DNA of 64,000 nucleotides from Octopus sinensis. Taxonomy: Eukaryota. The stretch is from the NCBI RefSeq assembly GCF_006345805.1, contig NC_043015.1:32984001-33048000 (forward strand), read 5' to 3'. Under the pieces are notes generated by a model. That model was given only the letters and a program-made list of their open reading frames with translations. It made no database searches and was not told the origin of the DNA. The translations under genes and the position numbers were made by a program. Below are positions 26,077-39,976 of the stretch, piece after piece (the stretch's first letter is position 1; every line of letters starts with the position of its first letter).

Positions 26077-27205
26077 TATGTCTCTAGGAGAAGATTACTC
26101 TGATATAAAACCAGATATGGTATTCAACATTTTGGGATCTTTTGCTTGCTCTTGTAGAACTAAACGCGTCCCTTCAGAAACAAAATGTACTCGAAGAATT
26201 TAGGAAATCACCCTAAAACCAAGACAAAAGAGAACCCAGCCTCTGTTCTATAGAGAAACCCTCGCAATGATGGTGAACACAAAAACAAAAGATATTCCAT
26301 TTGAATTCACTTATTAGGCGCATGACTAAGTGGCTGGGGGTACCGTAAGGTTGGGAGTTTGATTCCTCAAATCTCCAGAAAGAATCGAGAATCGCATACT
26401 ACCAGCAGCTGGAGATAAAAACCAAGCAAATGTTTTAGACACAAACATACATACATGCATGCATAGACGTCGAAGGTGCTACAACAGCACCGCCGTCGCA
26501 ACCACCATTGCTACCAGGATTAATAATACAATCTACACCGCAACCACTTTCACCATCAACGCCACCATCAACACCTCCGCCACCATCAGCATCCTCACTC
26601 CGGCTACCACCACCATTACCAACATCACTACTACAACCACTAAACAGTAAGGCACCAACGAACACCAAACACCTATTTCAACCTCTCTCTCTTCTATTCC
26701 GCCCAAATAAGAAGCTTCTCCAATTAGGAGCAGAAGACGGGCGAAACTATTTGAGTCCTACGGGATACGGGATACACCGGATACAGAAAGTCTAGTTTCG
26801 AATCGAAGGCAAAGGAAATTAAGACAAATGGTAACATTGCAAGCGAGTTATCTTCAAACCGGAGACACACACACAAAAAAAAACAAAAAATCTAATCCGA
26901 AAATGACGACCCCCATTGAAGAAGTAACTCCCAACAAACTGTTCACTTCCTGTCTGCTGCCAAAAATTCACATTCAAGGACGAGCAGGAGTATTTTCATT
27001 TTGTGTTTAGGTCCTCTGCTGCTGCTGCTGCTGCTGCTGCTACTAGCGTTATTGTTGTTGACGATGGTGATGGTGATGATGATGGTGATCTCTTCGATTT
27101 AATTATATTCTGTTTGGAAATTTTTTTCTTTTTCTGTTTTTATTAACTGTGCGTAGGTGAGAAATCTATTTTTCCTTAAGTTCTACAGACAGAAGAACTT
27201 ATTAA

Positions 27206-27267
<62 letters not shown>

Positions 27268-27996
27268 TACACATGTATATATCTGTGTATGTATCTATGT
27301 GTACATATATATGTATATATATATATATATTTTTTTACATATTTATATATATATATATTTTTTTACATATTTATATATATATTTTTTACATATTTTTTTA
27401 TATTTTTTTATTTTCTATTTTCTATTTTTTATTTTTTATTCTTTATTTTTTATATTTTATATTTTTTATTTGTTATTTTTTATTTTTTATTTTTTATTTT
27501 TTATTTATTCTCCTATCTAATTTAACACTGACACCTTGACCACTCCCCCAAGTATGATTTTTTTGCGCTATGCCTACCCCCAAAAAGTCCCCCACCAACA
27601 CCCCTTTAAACCTGCCTAAATGTATAAATGCCATACAATTCTTGTTAACTAGCTTCCTGAAGAAGATTTCTCTGAATGAAACAGTTCTAGTCCTGTAGAA
27701 GCTCCTTCTATATAATAAATATATATGTATATATATATGTATATATGTTATATATATAATAAATTAATATAATAAAACATATGCATATATACATACATAT
27801 ATGTACGTACCTACCTCTACATGTATATATACATGCTATATGGGTACAGGACACCCAAAAAACGTCGAAGACAATGAGAAACGAAAACATAAACACAAAA
27901 CCAAGGAAATGGACATTTTTTTTTTTTTTAAACAAGAACGAAAAATAGAGTACAGGTCATACAAACAAGGAAAATTCCCCTTCTTCAGTCGCCTTA

Positions 27997-28099
<103 letters not shown>

Positions 28100-28690
28100 A
28101 GATGGACTGACAGATAAATAGAAAGAGAGGTGAATATGTATACAGGTGTATATATACGTACTTATTTATGCGTGTATGTATGTATCCGATAGGCTTCTTG
28201 CAAATTCCATTCAGCTGATATTGGTCAACCAAGACTATATAAACAATTGCTACACAGAGGCTTCGAACTCCGAACCACGCAATGTTGCGTGTATGCATGT
28301 GTGTGTGCATGTGTGCATGTATGTACATATATATCTTTGCGTGAGTGTATGTGTAGTGTATGCTCTTTCTGTTATACACACACACACACATACTATACTT
28401 CCTTTTGTAACTTGTTTGCGAGATTCTTTATGTGAATTCGTGTGTTGAAACAAATATCGTTGTGTCTAGGGAGAGTCATTATGCCAATATTATTAACACA
28501 CGCATTAATTCAATTCCACTCCTTTATATTTTGGGTCGACAACTCTCTGTCCCACACATCCCCTCTTGTTGCGCTTATTCCATTTTGTCTTTCTGTGGTA
28601 TATGTTCTTAACTGCGCATGCGCTTACATCTGTATATGTGTGTGTATGTGCGTGTGGTGTGTATGCGTGTATCTGTGTGCTTAGTATGTC

Positions 28691-28721
<31 letters not shown>

Positions 28722-28831
28722 GTGTGTGGTGTGTGTGTGTGTGTGTGCGTGTGTTTGTATGGGTTTATGTATTATACTGTTTGTATCTGTGTCTTTTTTT
28801 TCCGTCTCATTTCCTCTTATTCTGTCTTTAG

Positions 28832-28940
28832 CCGTCAGGATGCGTAATGTGGTGGACAGGGAAACACTGGCGGGAGCTCAAGGGGGAGAAAGGCTCGTCA
28901 GTGCTCTACCAAGATGCTCAGTTAGAACAGTTGAGGCTCG
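28832..28940 (+). CDS. Candidate coding exon C (109 nt): PSGCVMWWTGKHWRELKGEKGSSVLYQDAQLEQLRL(G)
   Basis: ~35-nt pyrimidine tract ending tctgtctttAG (28830-28831), donor TCG|GTAAAT at 28941, GC-rich open frame from phase 0 to phase 1, compatible with exons A and B. Confidence 0.7.
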
Positions 28941-29355
28941 GTAAATAACCTTGCTAAAAATAATAGCGTGTAAGTATTGGGTTTAAAAAGAAATCTGATC
29001 CAACGTTTCAAAAAAAATAAAAATAGCGGAATACCCTAACCACTAAGCCACGCGCCTAACAGCAACAACAACAACAACAACAACAGATCTCAGAGATTGA
29101 CGTCTCCAAAACTTCACTCGGTACAATTCCAAAGATAGTGAAAAAATGTCTCTTTCTTAATGCTGGAGGCCAACCTGTACGAGTCACCTTTCCAGCTATA
29201 TCTAGTAATACTACTCAAGCGTCTTGCGACAATAGAAGACCAAGGACAGGCATTGGTTTGGGGTAAAACAGGCGGGAAGACTGACAAAAATGTTAATTCA
29301 AGCAAAATATAAGAAAGCCATCTTTCCTAACACTGAAGGTTGTTTGCAACTGGAT

Positions 29356-29725
29356 GGAAGCACTCCGTCGGTTACGACGACGAGGGTTCCGGTTGATCCG
29401 AATCAACGGAACAGCCTGCTCGTGAAATTAACGTGTAAGTGGCTGAGCACTCCACAGACACGTGTACCCTTAACGTAGTTCTCGGGGATATTCAGCGTGA
29501 CACAGAGAGTGACAAGGCCGGCCCTTTGAAATACAGGTACAACAGAAACAGGAAGAAAGAGTGAGAGAAAGTTGTGGTGAAAGAGTACAGCAGGGATCAC
29601 CACCATCCCCTGCCGGAGCCGCGTGGAGCTTTAGGTGTTTTCGCTCAATAAACACTCACAACGCCCGGTCTGGGAATCGAAACCGCGAGTCCGCTGCCCT
29701 AACTACTGGGCCATTGCGCCTCCAC
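29356..29725 (-). mobile_element. tRNA-derived SINE (head A + tail X)
   Basis: A box tggcccagtag and B box ggtttcgattccc on -; head and body shared with 63270-63432, tail shared with 25760-25930. Confidence 0.8.
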
Positions 29726-30466
29726 ATGCAAAAGATAAACTGCTAAGAGCCGATTTATCAATCCTTAAACGTTTGCTGCAAGGAGGACATGTCTACTTTA
29801 TTAACCAGTCTGGCATCTGAGCTGCTCACAAGCTCACGAGCAGTTTAAAGACGGAATATTTTGAGTACATATATCCGGAGAAAAAGCATGCAAAAGATTC
29901 TTTGGTCACAGTGTACCCTGATAAAACTGAGGGAACGTCTTCTCAGCTGTGTATGGATGGAATGCCTATATTCCGAGTTCAAATTCCGTCGAGGTCGGTC
30001 GACTTTGCTTTCATCCTTTCGGGGTCGATAAATTCAGTACCAGTGAAACACTGGGGTCGACGATGCAATCGACTTATCCCCTCCCCCAAAATGGCTACCC
30101 TTGTGGCAAAATTTGAAACCACCATTATCATTTATTTATTTATGTATTCATTCATTTTTCTCTAAACAAAACCTGATAAATTGATGAATGTTTTTCCGTT
30201 CACCTCACAAAATAATCTTAACACAAGTCTTTATTCTTCATACGATATTCATCGCAGAGACACTGAATATTTTATATACAATAATAAATATACTGTTGGT
30301 GTATACACTTATATTTAATATCACAACGTTTGAGGATCAGCGATTTATTTAGTCATACAATGTTTAAGGGTCATGTATATAGATTACTATAGTTTCATGT
30401 CACTCGTGGTTCTGTATCTCGAGTATTTAATAACACCAAACAAAAACCGTAGCTGGCGTGAATGCA

Positions 30467-30542
<76 letters not shown>

Positions 30543-31245
30543 ATAAGTATATGTATGTATATGTATGTATATGTATGTATATATAGTGTATGTTATACAC
30601 ATATATATGTGTGTATATATATATAATCGTACATATGCATATACATTCATACACTCACGTATATGCACATACACACGTACATACAAACACACACACATAT
30701 AAATATATATAAATATGTATGTATATACATATATGTAGATGTGTGTGTATGTGTGTGTGCGCGCTCGTGTGCACGTGTGCGAGTTTTTGTGACTGTGTGC
30801 GTGCGTATGCGTGTGTATGCGTGTGTGTGTGTGTGTGTGACTTACAGCTTAAAGATGAAAAAAAAATGCAGAAGTTAAAAAAGATATGATTTTTCTGCTC
30901 AAATACTCCAAAAAAATTATGGTTCCCCTGGTGTGACACAAGACGAGGGCTTTTCATGATTTTTTTTCTTTCATATTTTTCTTTCATATTTATTTATTCT
31001 CTCTGTTCTTGAATTCTGCGAAAGAAAAATAATAACATGTGTATCATAAAAAAAAACCCAATATAAAGCAATATTTTTGATGAAGAATAGAAATGAGATG
31101 GTGTTGTGGGTGAGGTTATATATTGAGGGGGCTGAGATATGAAATATGTTTTTTAGTTTTTACAAACACACACACACACAGCCATATACATACACACACA
31201 TACATATATATGTGCGTATGTATGTATATATATAAATATATATCT

Positions 31246-31283
<38 letters not shown>

Positions 31284-31344
31284 AAACATTATACAAATAT
31301 ATGTATATATAATAGATATGCATATATACATATAATGGATATAT

Positions 31345-31398
<54 letters not shown>

Positions 31399-31562
31399 AA
31401 CATATATATATATATATATATATACCACATATATATATGCATATATATGTATGTATATATATATATATACTCTGTATGTGTGTTGCCTGTGTGTGGATAG
31501 ATATGTCTGTGTTTATGTATATGCGTGGAAATTTATGTTTTGCCTATATATATATATTTAAA

Positions 31563-32099
31563 CTAGTATACCCGTGCCATCAAAAATGACGTAATTTTAG
31601 AAGAAATAAGCTGAAACTGGTATTTAATAAAATGCATTTCATACATTTGATAAAGATTTGTGCTGTAAGATTATATAAATTTTTGATCGAAAATGCTTTC
31701 TAGGATTGGAGGCAAAGAGAACTAAATATGCGGGGAAAAGTGTCGTTTAGATTTGTTTTATAATTTTTTTTTTTTAGGCTACAACAATAACTTATTTATT
31801 CAATTGATAAATAGTCCTCCATCTATTATTTTATTTAAACACTGGTGAGCCTGCGCCGTCGAAAACGACAGCAATTCATGCATGTATTAAAAGTTATGCA
31901 TATTGGTGATATGTGCTATGTAATGCGAAAAGGTCTGGCTACAGTTAAGCTAGTTTGGTTCATACGTGAAGGATATCCCTGGAAAAATACTTTGAAAGTC
32001 CTCATCTATAACAGAAATTCAACTCGTGGGTCTCCTTATTTGTTCTACAACTGAAGTAAGCGATTAAAATTTTTTTCTAAAAACTGCATTATAAATACA
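31563..32099 (-). mobile_element. Possible non-autonomous Helitron-like element
   Basis: CTAG at 31563-31566 next to a decayed hairpin (cccgtg...aatgacg); the other end, ...gcattataaataca, resembles the ends of the other two Helitron-like copies. Confidence 0.4.
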
Positions 32100-32101
32100 T
32101 A

Positions 32102-32903
32102 CGAGGGTCGGCCGAAAAGGTCATAGGCTTACCACGTTACTCCCATGGAATGTGATCAAATGAGATTTATTTTTCAACATAATTCCCCTTGCGGCCCGCA
32201 CACTTTGTTAATCGGCGTTGCAGTGCTTGGATCCCTTGGGTGAAGCTTTCATCTTGTTGCTCAAATAAGTCACCAACAGCAGATATGATGTCATCATCAC
32301 TGGGATACAGGTCCCCAGCCAAACTTTTGTTCATGTGGGGAAACAGATAACAGCCAGATGAATCAGGAGAATAGGAAGAGTGACCAACCAGATGAAAGCC
32401 ACAGTCGCACACAGCAGCCATTGAAACCAAGGATTTGTGTAACGGTGCATTGTCCTGATGAAACAAGACCCCTTTCGTCAGTTTTCTTGCCCGTCTGATC
32501 TTGATAACCTTTCGTACCCGCCTCAGCAGGTTGACATAGTACACTCCATTAAAGGTGAGTCCCTTTTGAAGATAGACAGTAAAAACAATGTCTTTTGCAC
32601 CCCAAAAAACTGAGGCTTCCACCTACATTGCAAATGAAACGACCTTGGCCTTCGTTGGAGCAGTTGAGGAGGGTGGGGTGTTTGCACTGCGTGGATTATG
32701 TCTTTGTGTCTGGTACAAAGTGACGAACACAACACTCACTCTGGCTAAAGAAACGTTCAAAGAAATCCGATTTTAGATTTTCCCGTGATGTGATCAGCCT
32801 GGTGCGCTTTTGATCAGGTGTCGGAAGACGTGGCACCCACCGAGTAGAAACGTTCGTCGTACCAAGTTCATAATGCAGAATACTTTCAACTCTCTCACGA
32901 GAT
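32102..32903 (-). mobile_element. mariner transposon remnant (3' two-thirds with 3' TIR)
   Basis: TA+cgagggtcggccgaaaagg TIR at 32100-32120. Broken transposase SRERVESILHYELG..VSTRWVPR / MEASVFWG...FHQDNAPLH...YSPD...LF...KGNYVEK. Confidence 0.85.
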
Positions 32904-34083
32904 ACAGCTTCGATGCATCTAGGAATTGATTCATACAGCTTCCTCACTTCATTGAGAGGAATCTAGAGTCATTCTTCCTGCAAAACCTGCTCCAGCTGTT
33001 GCAGACACGACGGTGGAGGGTAACGACTTCTAACTTTTCGCTCCAAGATGCACTACAGATGCTCAATAATATTAAAATCTGGAGATTGAGGGGCCACTCT
33101 ATGTGTTGTAGCTCCCTACTGTGCCCTCCATACCAATTCTTAACCACATGAGAGGTCTGTATTGGAGCATTGTCATCTTGGAAGCTGCACTCAGCATCAG
33201 GTAATAATGTCTGGACCATGGGAAGGATTTGATTTCCCAAAATATTCAGATAATCATTGCTGTTGATCCTACTATGCAGGGCAATGATTAGACCAAGAGA
33301 ATTCCAAGAAATGGCTACCAAAACCATTACAGACCCACCTCCGTGTTTCACTGTAGGAAGAAGGCAGTCAGGATTAAAAGCTTCCCTGGGCTGCCTCCAC
33401 ACACAACGCACCCTGCAGTGGGGAAAAGAGAAAAACTGGATTTCTCAGAGAATATTACTTGCTGCAATTGATCTGTTAACCGGGTCTTGTGATCGTTATA
33501 CCAGTTCAGCCTTTCCTGAATGTTTTGATGAGAAAGCAGAGGTTTCCTGATGGTGGCTTTTCCATGATATCCAGCTTTATTGAGCTCAAGGTGAACATTT
33601 TTGGTCAAAACTGGGCTAGTCAGATGTTGATTCAGCTCTGTAGTCATTTTAGGGTCAATTGTCCGGTGATTGTTTTTCCATCACAATGCGATTCACCACT
33701 CGTCGGTCTCTTTCAGTGAGCTTCGAAATCCTGCCGGACTTACTCCTCCTGCTGGAGGTGTTGCCCTGCTTCTCAAAATTCAGTCATGGTCCTTGATATG
33801 GTAGGTCTCGAAAAACCGAGGAGTTCAGCTGTTCTGGTAACGGAAGCTCCTGCCTTTCGAACTCCAACAATATGCCCTTTATCGAACCCAGTGAGGTCAC
33901 GCACCTTAGCTTAATTTATACTACGATCTGAAAAAGAGATGGAAATAATCGTCAAATTAGGATAAATAAAAACCGTCTCCAACACAAAAAAAAACATTCA
34001 CAATGGAATTTGAATGGATATTCGTAATATAATGGCTCATTGAAATATTGGAGTTAAGTTCCAATTATTTTGCCCAACCCCTG
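32904..34083 (-). mobile_element. Tc1 (DD34E-type) transposon remnant with 5' TIR
   Basis: 5' TIR caggggttgggcaaaataattgg at ~34061-34083. Frameshifted transposase RKPLLS..RLNW..VIFSEKSSF / PTVKHGGGSVMV..FQDDNAP..IEWP..LYESIPRCIEAV. Confidence 0.85.
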
Positions 34084-34102
34084 TGTATATACATTTATCT
34101 AT

Positions 34103-34599
34103 TTATACATACATACATACATACATACATACATACGTACATACATACATACATACATACATACACACACACGCACATACATGCATACATACATACATAC
34201 ATACATACATACGTACATACATACATACATACACACACACGCACATACATGCATACATACATACATACATACATACATACATACATACATACATACATAC
34301 GTACATACATACGTACATACGTACATACATACATACATACATACATACATACATACATACATACATACGTACATACATACGTACATACATACATACATAC
34401 ACACATACATACATGCATACATACATACATACATATATACATACATACATACATACATACATACATACATACAATACATACTTACATACAATACATACAT
34501 ACATACATACATACGTACGTACGTACATACATACATACATATATACATACATACATACATACACAAACACATACATACATGCATACATACATACATACA

Positions 34600-34633
<34 letters not shown>

Positions 34634-34965
34634 CATACATACAAACATACACACACACATACACACATACATACATACACACACACATACATACATACAT
34701 ACATAGATACATGCATACGCACATACATGCATACACACACATACATACATACATACATACATACATACATACATACATACATACATACATGCATACATAC
34801 ATACATACATACATACATACATACATACATACATACATACATACATACATGCATACATACATACATACATACATACACACATACATACATACATACATAC
34901 ATACATACATACATACATACATACATACATACATACATACATACATTACATACATTACATACATG
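34103..34965. repeat. ~860-bp (ATAC)n microsatellite
   Basis: Directly visible. Confidence 0.95.
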
Positions 34966-35534
34966 TATACGCACACAGTATATAAGGAAGTAACGTTCAA
35001 CCTTTGTCAGAGCTGAAGATGATTGATCATACGTAAAGGACAATGGCTTTGTCAAGATTTTTAAAAATTGTTTTTAGTAAATTCTGTCAAAACAAGAGTC
35101 ACACTTAATGTGTGCGCGCCTCTAAACATACTGCACCTCCTTATTTACACAAGCACACACACACACTCACACACATATACACATACATATATACATCCAT
35201 CCATACACATATATATATATACATACATACATGCACGCATGCATAGATACATACATACACACCCTCGGTGCGTCCACTTTTCTACCAACTTAAATTTAGT
35301 TATTGTAATGGTTCGTGTATAAAAGAAATTCGGTGGAGTTGAAAAGTGGTGTTGTGATAATCATGCCGTTTTTAGGTGCATTGATGGCGAAATATATTGA
35401 TACCAATAAAACATGATCTCTCGCTCATCTCTCTTTCTTCCTCTCTCTCGTTCTCCCGCTCTCCCTTCTTCTCTCTCTCTCTCTCCCTTTATCTGTCTCC
35501 CTATCTGTCGGTCTCTCCATTTATCTATTTATAC

Positions 35535-35788
35535 CAGTGGTTCTCAACCAAGGTTCCATTTGGTCCTTGAGTGTCCATATAAGATTTTGTTGTAAAAAAT
35601 TATGTGTAATAAAACCGATTACACTTCTACAATACACAAAACATTTAAACAATTTTGTACATATTTCCTAATCATAAAATATAACAGGAGTCTTTTAGAT
35701 GTCGAATGGTTATGAAGGATTTCCTCCCCTGAGTAAAATAGGACTCAAAGGGGTCCATAAGCAAAAAAAAATGGTTCAAGAACTACTG
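35535..35788. mobile_element. hAT-superfamily MITE
   Basis: Ends CAGTGGTTCTCAACC and GGTTCAAGAACTACTG; decayed 8-bp TSD atttatac/atttaatc. Confidence 0.7.
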
Positions 35789-35941
35789 ATTTAATCTGTG
35801 AAATCATTGGTGAAAGATGAATAGTTCACTTTCTAAACGTTCAACTTACTAAATGGTATGGATGGTGTGAAATGGTTTCGTACCAGATTTGAAACCTGTT
35901 ATGAAAATATCATTACGTACACGGACTACTTCGGCCTGGCC

Positions 35942-35982
35942 GTGTTCTGCCCTTACCTTCGAAAAAGGTAAGGGCAGAACAC
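35942..35982. repeat. Perfect 18-bp hairpin in a Penelope-like repeat fragment
   Basis: gtgttctgcccttacctt-cgaaa-aaggtaagggcagaacac; one arm recurs unpaired at ~38442-38460. Confidence 0.85.
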
Positions 35983-36606
35983 ATCTGTGATGAGAAGATA
36001 ACAGCGATGTCTCTAAGTGGAAGCTTGCCATGTTAGAAATAGCAGCCAAATCTTCCTCAAATTATATTCTACCGTCTTTAAAGAATATATTGGATAATGT
36101 GGTCCTCTGTGACACTCTGCTTAAAAAAGACGGAATGGTCACAGTTGGAATCCCTTTTACCCGATCTACTCGACCAGGGCTCACCTGGAGCTAAACGTAT
36201 CCAGCAGCACACTTAAAGACGTTAGCAACAACAGAAACAACATGCCAACAGTAAGCGATAAAAAATTGCAACCAGAGTTCATGTAGGAGTTTCTACAATA
36301 AGAAAAGAAGCTTTTGAGTAGCCAGTCGATCCTGATGCTTCTACGTGGTTACCCAGACTGCTAAAAATGACAGCCAAAGCAATTTCAATTTTATATTCAA
36401 CCGTCTTAAGAAAAGAAATGTTAGATAACATAGTCCCACATGCATCTAAATACTTCACAGATATAGTTTAAGTATTTAGACTATATCTAAGTACGTGATA
36501 ATTATAGTCCTATATACATCTAACTACTTGATAGAATGACCAGAGAACAAAAAACCCTGGCTATTCTCACTCAAGTGAAATGTATTAAAATACCACTTAA
36601 TCCATC

Positions 36607-36808
36607 TTTGACCTATAACCGTCAATATTCTACTATTTGTCCATACTCTTCTCATTCTTGACCTTTAGCCGTCAATAATTCATTTCTTGCGTTTACTCTC
36701 TACAAGTTTGACTTAGAACCGTCGTTGATTCAACTTCTATGTCAACTCACTTCGCGTCCTTGACTTATAAGCGCTGATAATTCTGCTTCTGTATCCGTTC
36801 TCTTCACA
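36607..36808. repeat. Degenerate ~50-bp minisatellite, 4 units
   Basis: Units begin at 36607, 36657, 36707 and 36759 with yttgacyt...ccgtc...att. Confidence 0.7.
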
Positions 36809-37106
36809 AAAAGGTTTCTACTTAAATTAAAACACGGACCCCCCAAAGTATCCTCATTCACTTAATACATGACATTCAGTACTAGCTAGTTGGTACTTCA
36901 TGTTTTACCTGTAACTCCTCAATGACTCAGTGAGTGGCACCATGGAAAATAGATTGGTAAATAAACGTCAAGGGTATCTTGTCAATAGAATGTTCCAATT
37001 CCTTATAACTATAATGCCTTACATCTGCGCGAGTAACTCTGAGTTAGATAAGGACCATGTATGAAAATAAGGACCATATATGAAAATAAGATAGATAGAT
37101 AGATAA

Positions 37107-37196
<90 letters not shown>

Positions 37197-37500
37197 GGTT
37201 AGCTAGACAGACAGATAGATAGAAATGTGTATGTATACATAAATGATAGAAAATGGAATCCACGACATTATTTTAAAATCACTACAATTGTTTCGACATC
37301 ATAATTTTCCAGCTGTCGTAACATTGTTTAGATGTGTAGTCATTATCATCCATTCAAAGTGTAAAATGCACCTCCTCGGGTGACTGTTTGAATAAGTCCT
37401 TATATATATAGAGGATAAGCGAACCTCATAAAGGGATGGTTACATCCAAGGAAATACTGGTTCTATACCATTGGGAAATGACATTTCTATAAATCATGGC

Positions 37501-37527
<27 letters not shown>

Positions 37528-37537
<10 letters not shown>

Positions 37538-37864
37538 TATTAGAGACAAAACCACTATTTTGCAAAACAAACAAGGAAAGACTTAATCAATACATAAAAT
37601 TTTAATAAATAGTCAAAAAAACCGCCACTACAATTGTTTCTTGTCTTGATCGACAATCTTCAGGTGGACTTCCAATAAGTCAGTTTCAAAATTAGAAGTA
37701 ATTTGAAACTGACTTATTGGAAGTCCACCTGAAGATTGTCGATCAAGACAAGAAACAATTGTAGTGGCGGTTTTTTTGACTATTTATTAAAATTTTATGT
37801 ATTGATTAAGTCTTTCCTTGTTTGTTTTGCAAAATAGTGGTTTTGTCTCTAATAATATTTTATA
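37528..37864. repeat. Perfect inverted repeat: 163-bp arms, 11-nt spacer, Penelope-like pLTR sequence
   Basis: 37528-37690 is the reverse complement of 37702-37864; spacer attagaagtaa. Confidence 0.92.
37725..37767 (+). ncRNA. Minimal type I hammerhead ribozyme (HHR-3), mirrored on - at 37625-37667
   Basis: CCAC-CUGAAGA-UUGUC gaucaa GACAA-GAAA-C AAUU GUA-GUGG. Stem III is palindromic (ACAATTGT); the U-A closing pair of stem II is atypical. Confidence 0.7.
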
Positions 37865-38230
37865 ATATTTTACTATAAATTGGATTTAATCCTAAATCTG
37901 GTTTTTTTCCCTGTAAATTTGGATTTATTCCCTAATATTTATTATATTATATATAATATTCTATTACATATATATATAAATACATATATATATATATATA
38001 TATAGATATTATATATAATATATATATATTATATATAATAATATACATATATATATAAATACATATATATATATTATATAATAATAACGATATAATAAAT
38101 AAATAGAATATATGCATATATACAAACATATATGTACATACTTACATCTATATGTATATATACATGCATATATATATGTAATATTACATGCATTATATAT
38201 ATAATATATACATGAATATATCTATAATAA

Positions 38231-38270
<40 letters not shown>

Positions 38271-38967
38271 TATGAGTACAGGATACCACAAATAAACGTA
38301 GAACACAACGAGAAACGAAAACATAAAATCAAACAAGGAAACGGACTTTTTTTAACAACGAGAAAACAGAGTACAGGACAAACAATACAAGGAAAATTCC
38401 CCTTCATCAGCTGCCCCTGGTTCGACTCAATGCGTGTTTTGAAGGTAAGGGCAGAACACGGCCAGGCCGAAGCAGTCCTTCCTGCAAAAGGAATTAAATA
38501 AAATTCTTATATATATATATATATATATACATTAGTAAATAAATGGCACAACTAAGTACCGATATTTACTGGAAATAGCGAACGTAAAAATACGACGCTA
38601 ATGTGTAGCTTCACCGCGTATGTATTAGCAAAAATGCGTGTGTGCAACAAATTAGAGAAAAAAAACCGTCTTACTCAAGGGAGAACATCTGAAAGATGAA
38701 ACACCCGGAAAATGATAATGTGGTACCTGCAGGTTTCAGGTTTTACAAGATAGGTCTCTCACCCATATTTTGTTTTACCTTCATCAGCCAAACATATAAC
38801 AAGACGAAATCTATCTACGAGTTACCACATTAATACTAACACACTCGACTGAAATGCGGAACGCTAACAGTACGAGAAACGGTGAGAGTTTACAAAAACA
38901 AACAAAAGAAAAAGACAGACATGTAAACAACAACAGATGCATTAGTTTAACGCTCGGAAGTGAGAAA

Positions 38968-39005
38968 GTCTTTACGTTTCGAGCCAACGCTCTTCCTCAG
39001 AAAGG
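38968..39005 (-). ncRNA. Minimal hammerhead-like motif with intact core (HHR-5)
   Basis: Minus strand: ccttt-CUGAGGA-a-GAGC guug GCUC-GAAAC-GUA-aagac. Stem III is reduced to the palindrome ACGU. Confidence 0.55.
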
Positions 39006-39026
39006 AACACAGAAATAAACAGGGAA

Positions 39027-39113
<87 letters not shown>

Positions 39114-39312
39114 GAACACACCCATACATATATAGATATATAGATAGAATGGTCAATGGTGGCTTAACTATTTCAAGGTCATAAAGAAGCCTTTATGTGA
39201 TCACTCGAGTTGCTAGAAATAACAGCAAAACCTCACTAAAAGCACACCCTAGTGTCATAAAAACGGTAATGACATTCATATTTTGGTAGTGTTTACAGTG
39301 TAGTGGCATTCA

Positions 39313-39351
<39 letters not shown>

Positions 39352-39708
39352 CAGCAGCAGCGGTGGTGGTGGTGTAGTGATGTGTGTGCGTGTGTGTGTA
39401 GTGTATAGAATCATGTGTGTGTATGCGTGTGTTTGTGTGTGTGTATGCAGTGTTATCTGTGTATGCATGTGTGCGTATGAGTGAGTGTATATGTGTGGAT
39501 GAGTGTGTGCGTGTGTGAGTGTGTATGTGTGTGTGGTGTAAAATATGTGTGTATGTGAGTGTGTGCATGTGTGTATGTGAGTGTGTCCGTGTACGTATCT
39601 GTGTGCGTGTGTGTGTGTGTGTGCACGCGCGCCGAATTTAGAAGTGTATGTGTGTGCGTGTGTCTTTGTGTGTGTGTGTGTGTGTGTATGTGTGTGTGTG
39701 TGTGTGTG

Positions 39709-39740
<32 letters not shown>

Positions 39741-39939
39741 AGTTTGTGTATATGCATGTGTGTGTGTGTGCGTGTGTGCCGAATTAGGAAGTCAACATCC
39801 AGGCATGTTGTCAAACAGCATGACGTACTAAATGGAAGACTTTTAGCCCAAAAACACTGCTCTCACCCACACCCACCCCTACACACACACCATCGCATCG
39901 CCCATCATCACCACCATCACCATCACAGCGATCTTCACA

Positions 39940-39976
<37 letters not shown>

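Noticed and set aside
26650-27010. CpG-richer stretch with open frames as a possible exon or first exon
   Set aside because: There is no convincing acceptor/donor pair in a phase compatible with neighbouring exons and no recognisable peptide.
34048-35055. Long ORFs (300-685 aa) of HTYI/MYVC type here and at 6705-7368, 49324-49863 and 56807-59076
   Set aside because: They are translations of stop-free (ATAC)n/(AC)n microsatellites, open in several frames on both strands.
36607-36808. CRISPR-like repeat-spacer appearance
   Set aside because: The context is eukaryotic with no cas genes, the repeats are too divergent, and the spacers are related to each other. Kept only as a minisatellite.
37270-37340. 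GAAACAATTGTAGTG half-hammerhead on the minus strand
   Set aside because: The CUGANGA core is missing; it is a decayed relative of the 37528 repeat.
38395-38460. CUGAUGA on the minus strand here, and CUGAAGA at ~27985, as hammerheads
   Set aside because: No properly placed GAAA, stem III or NUH triplet in these copies.
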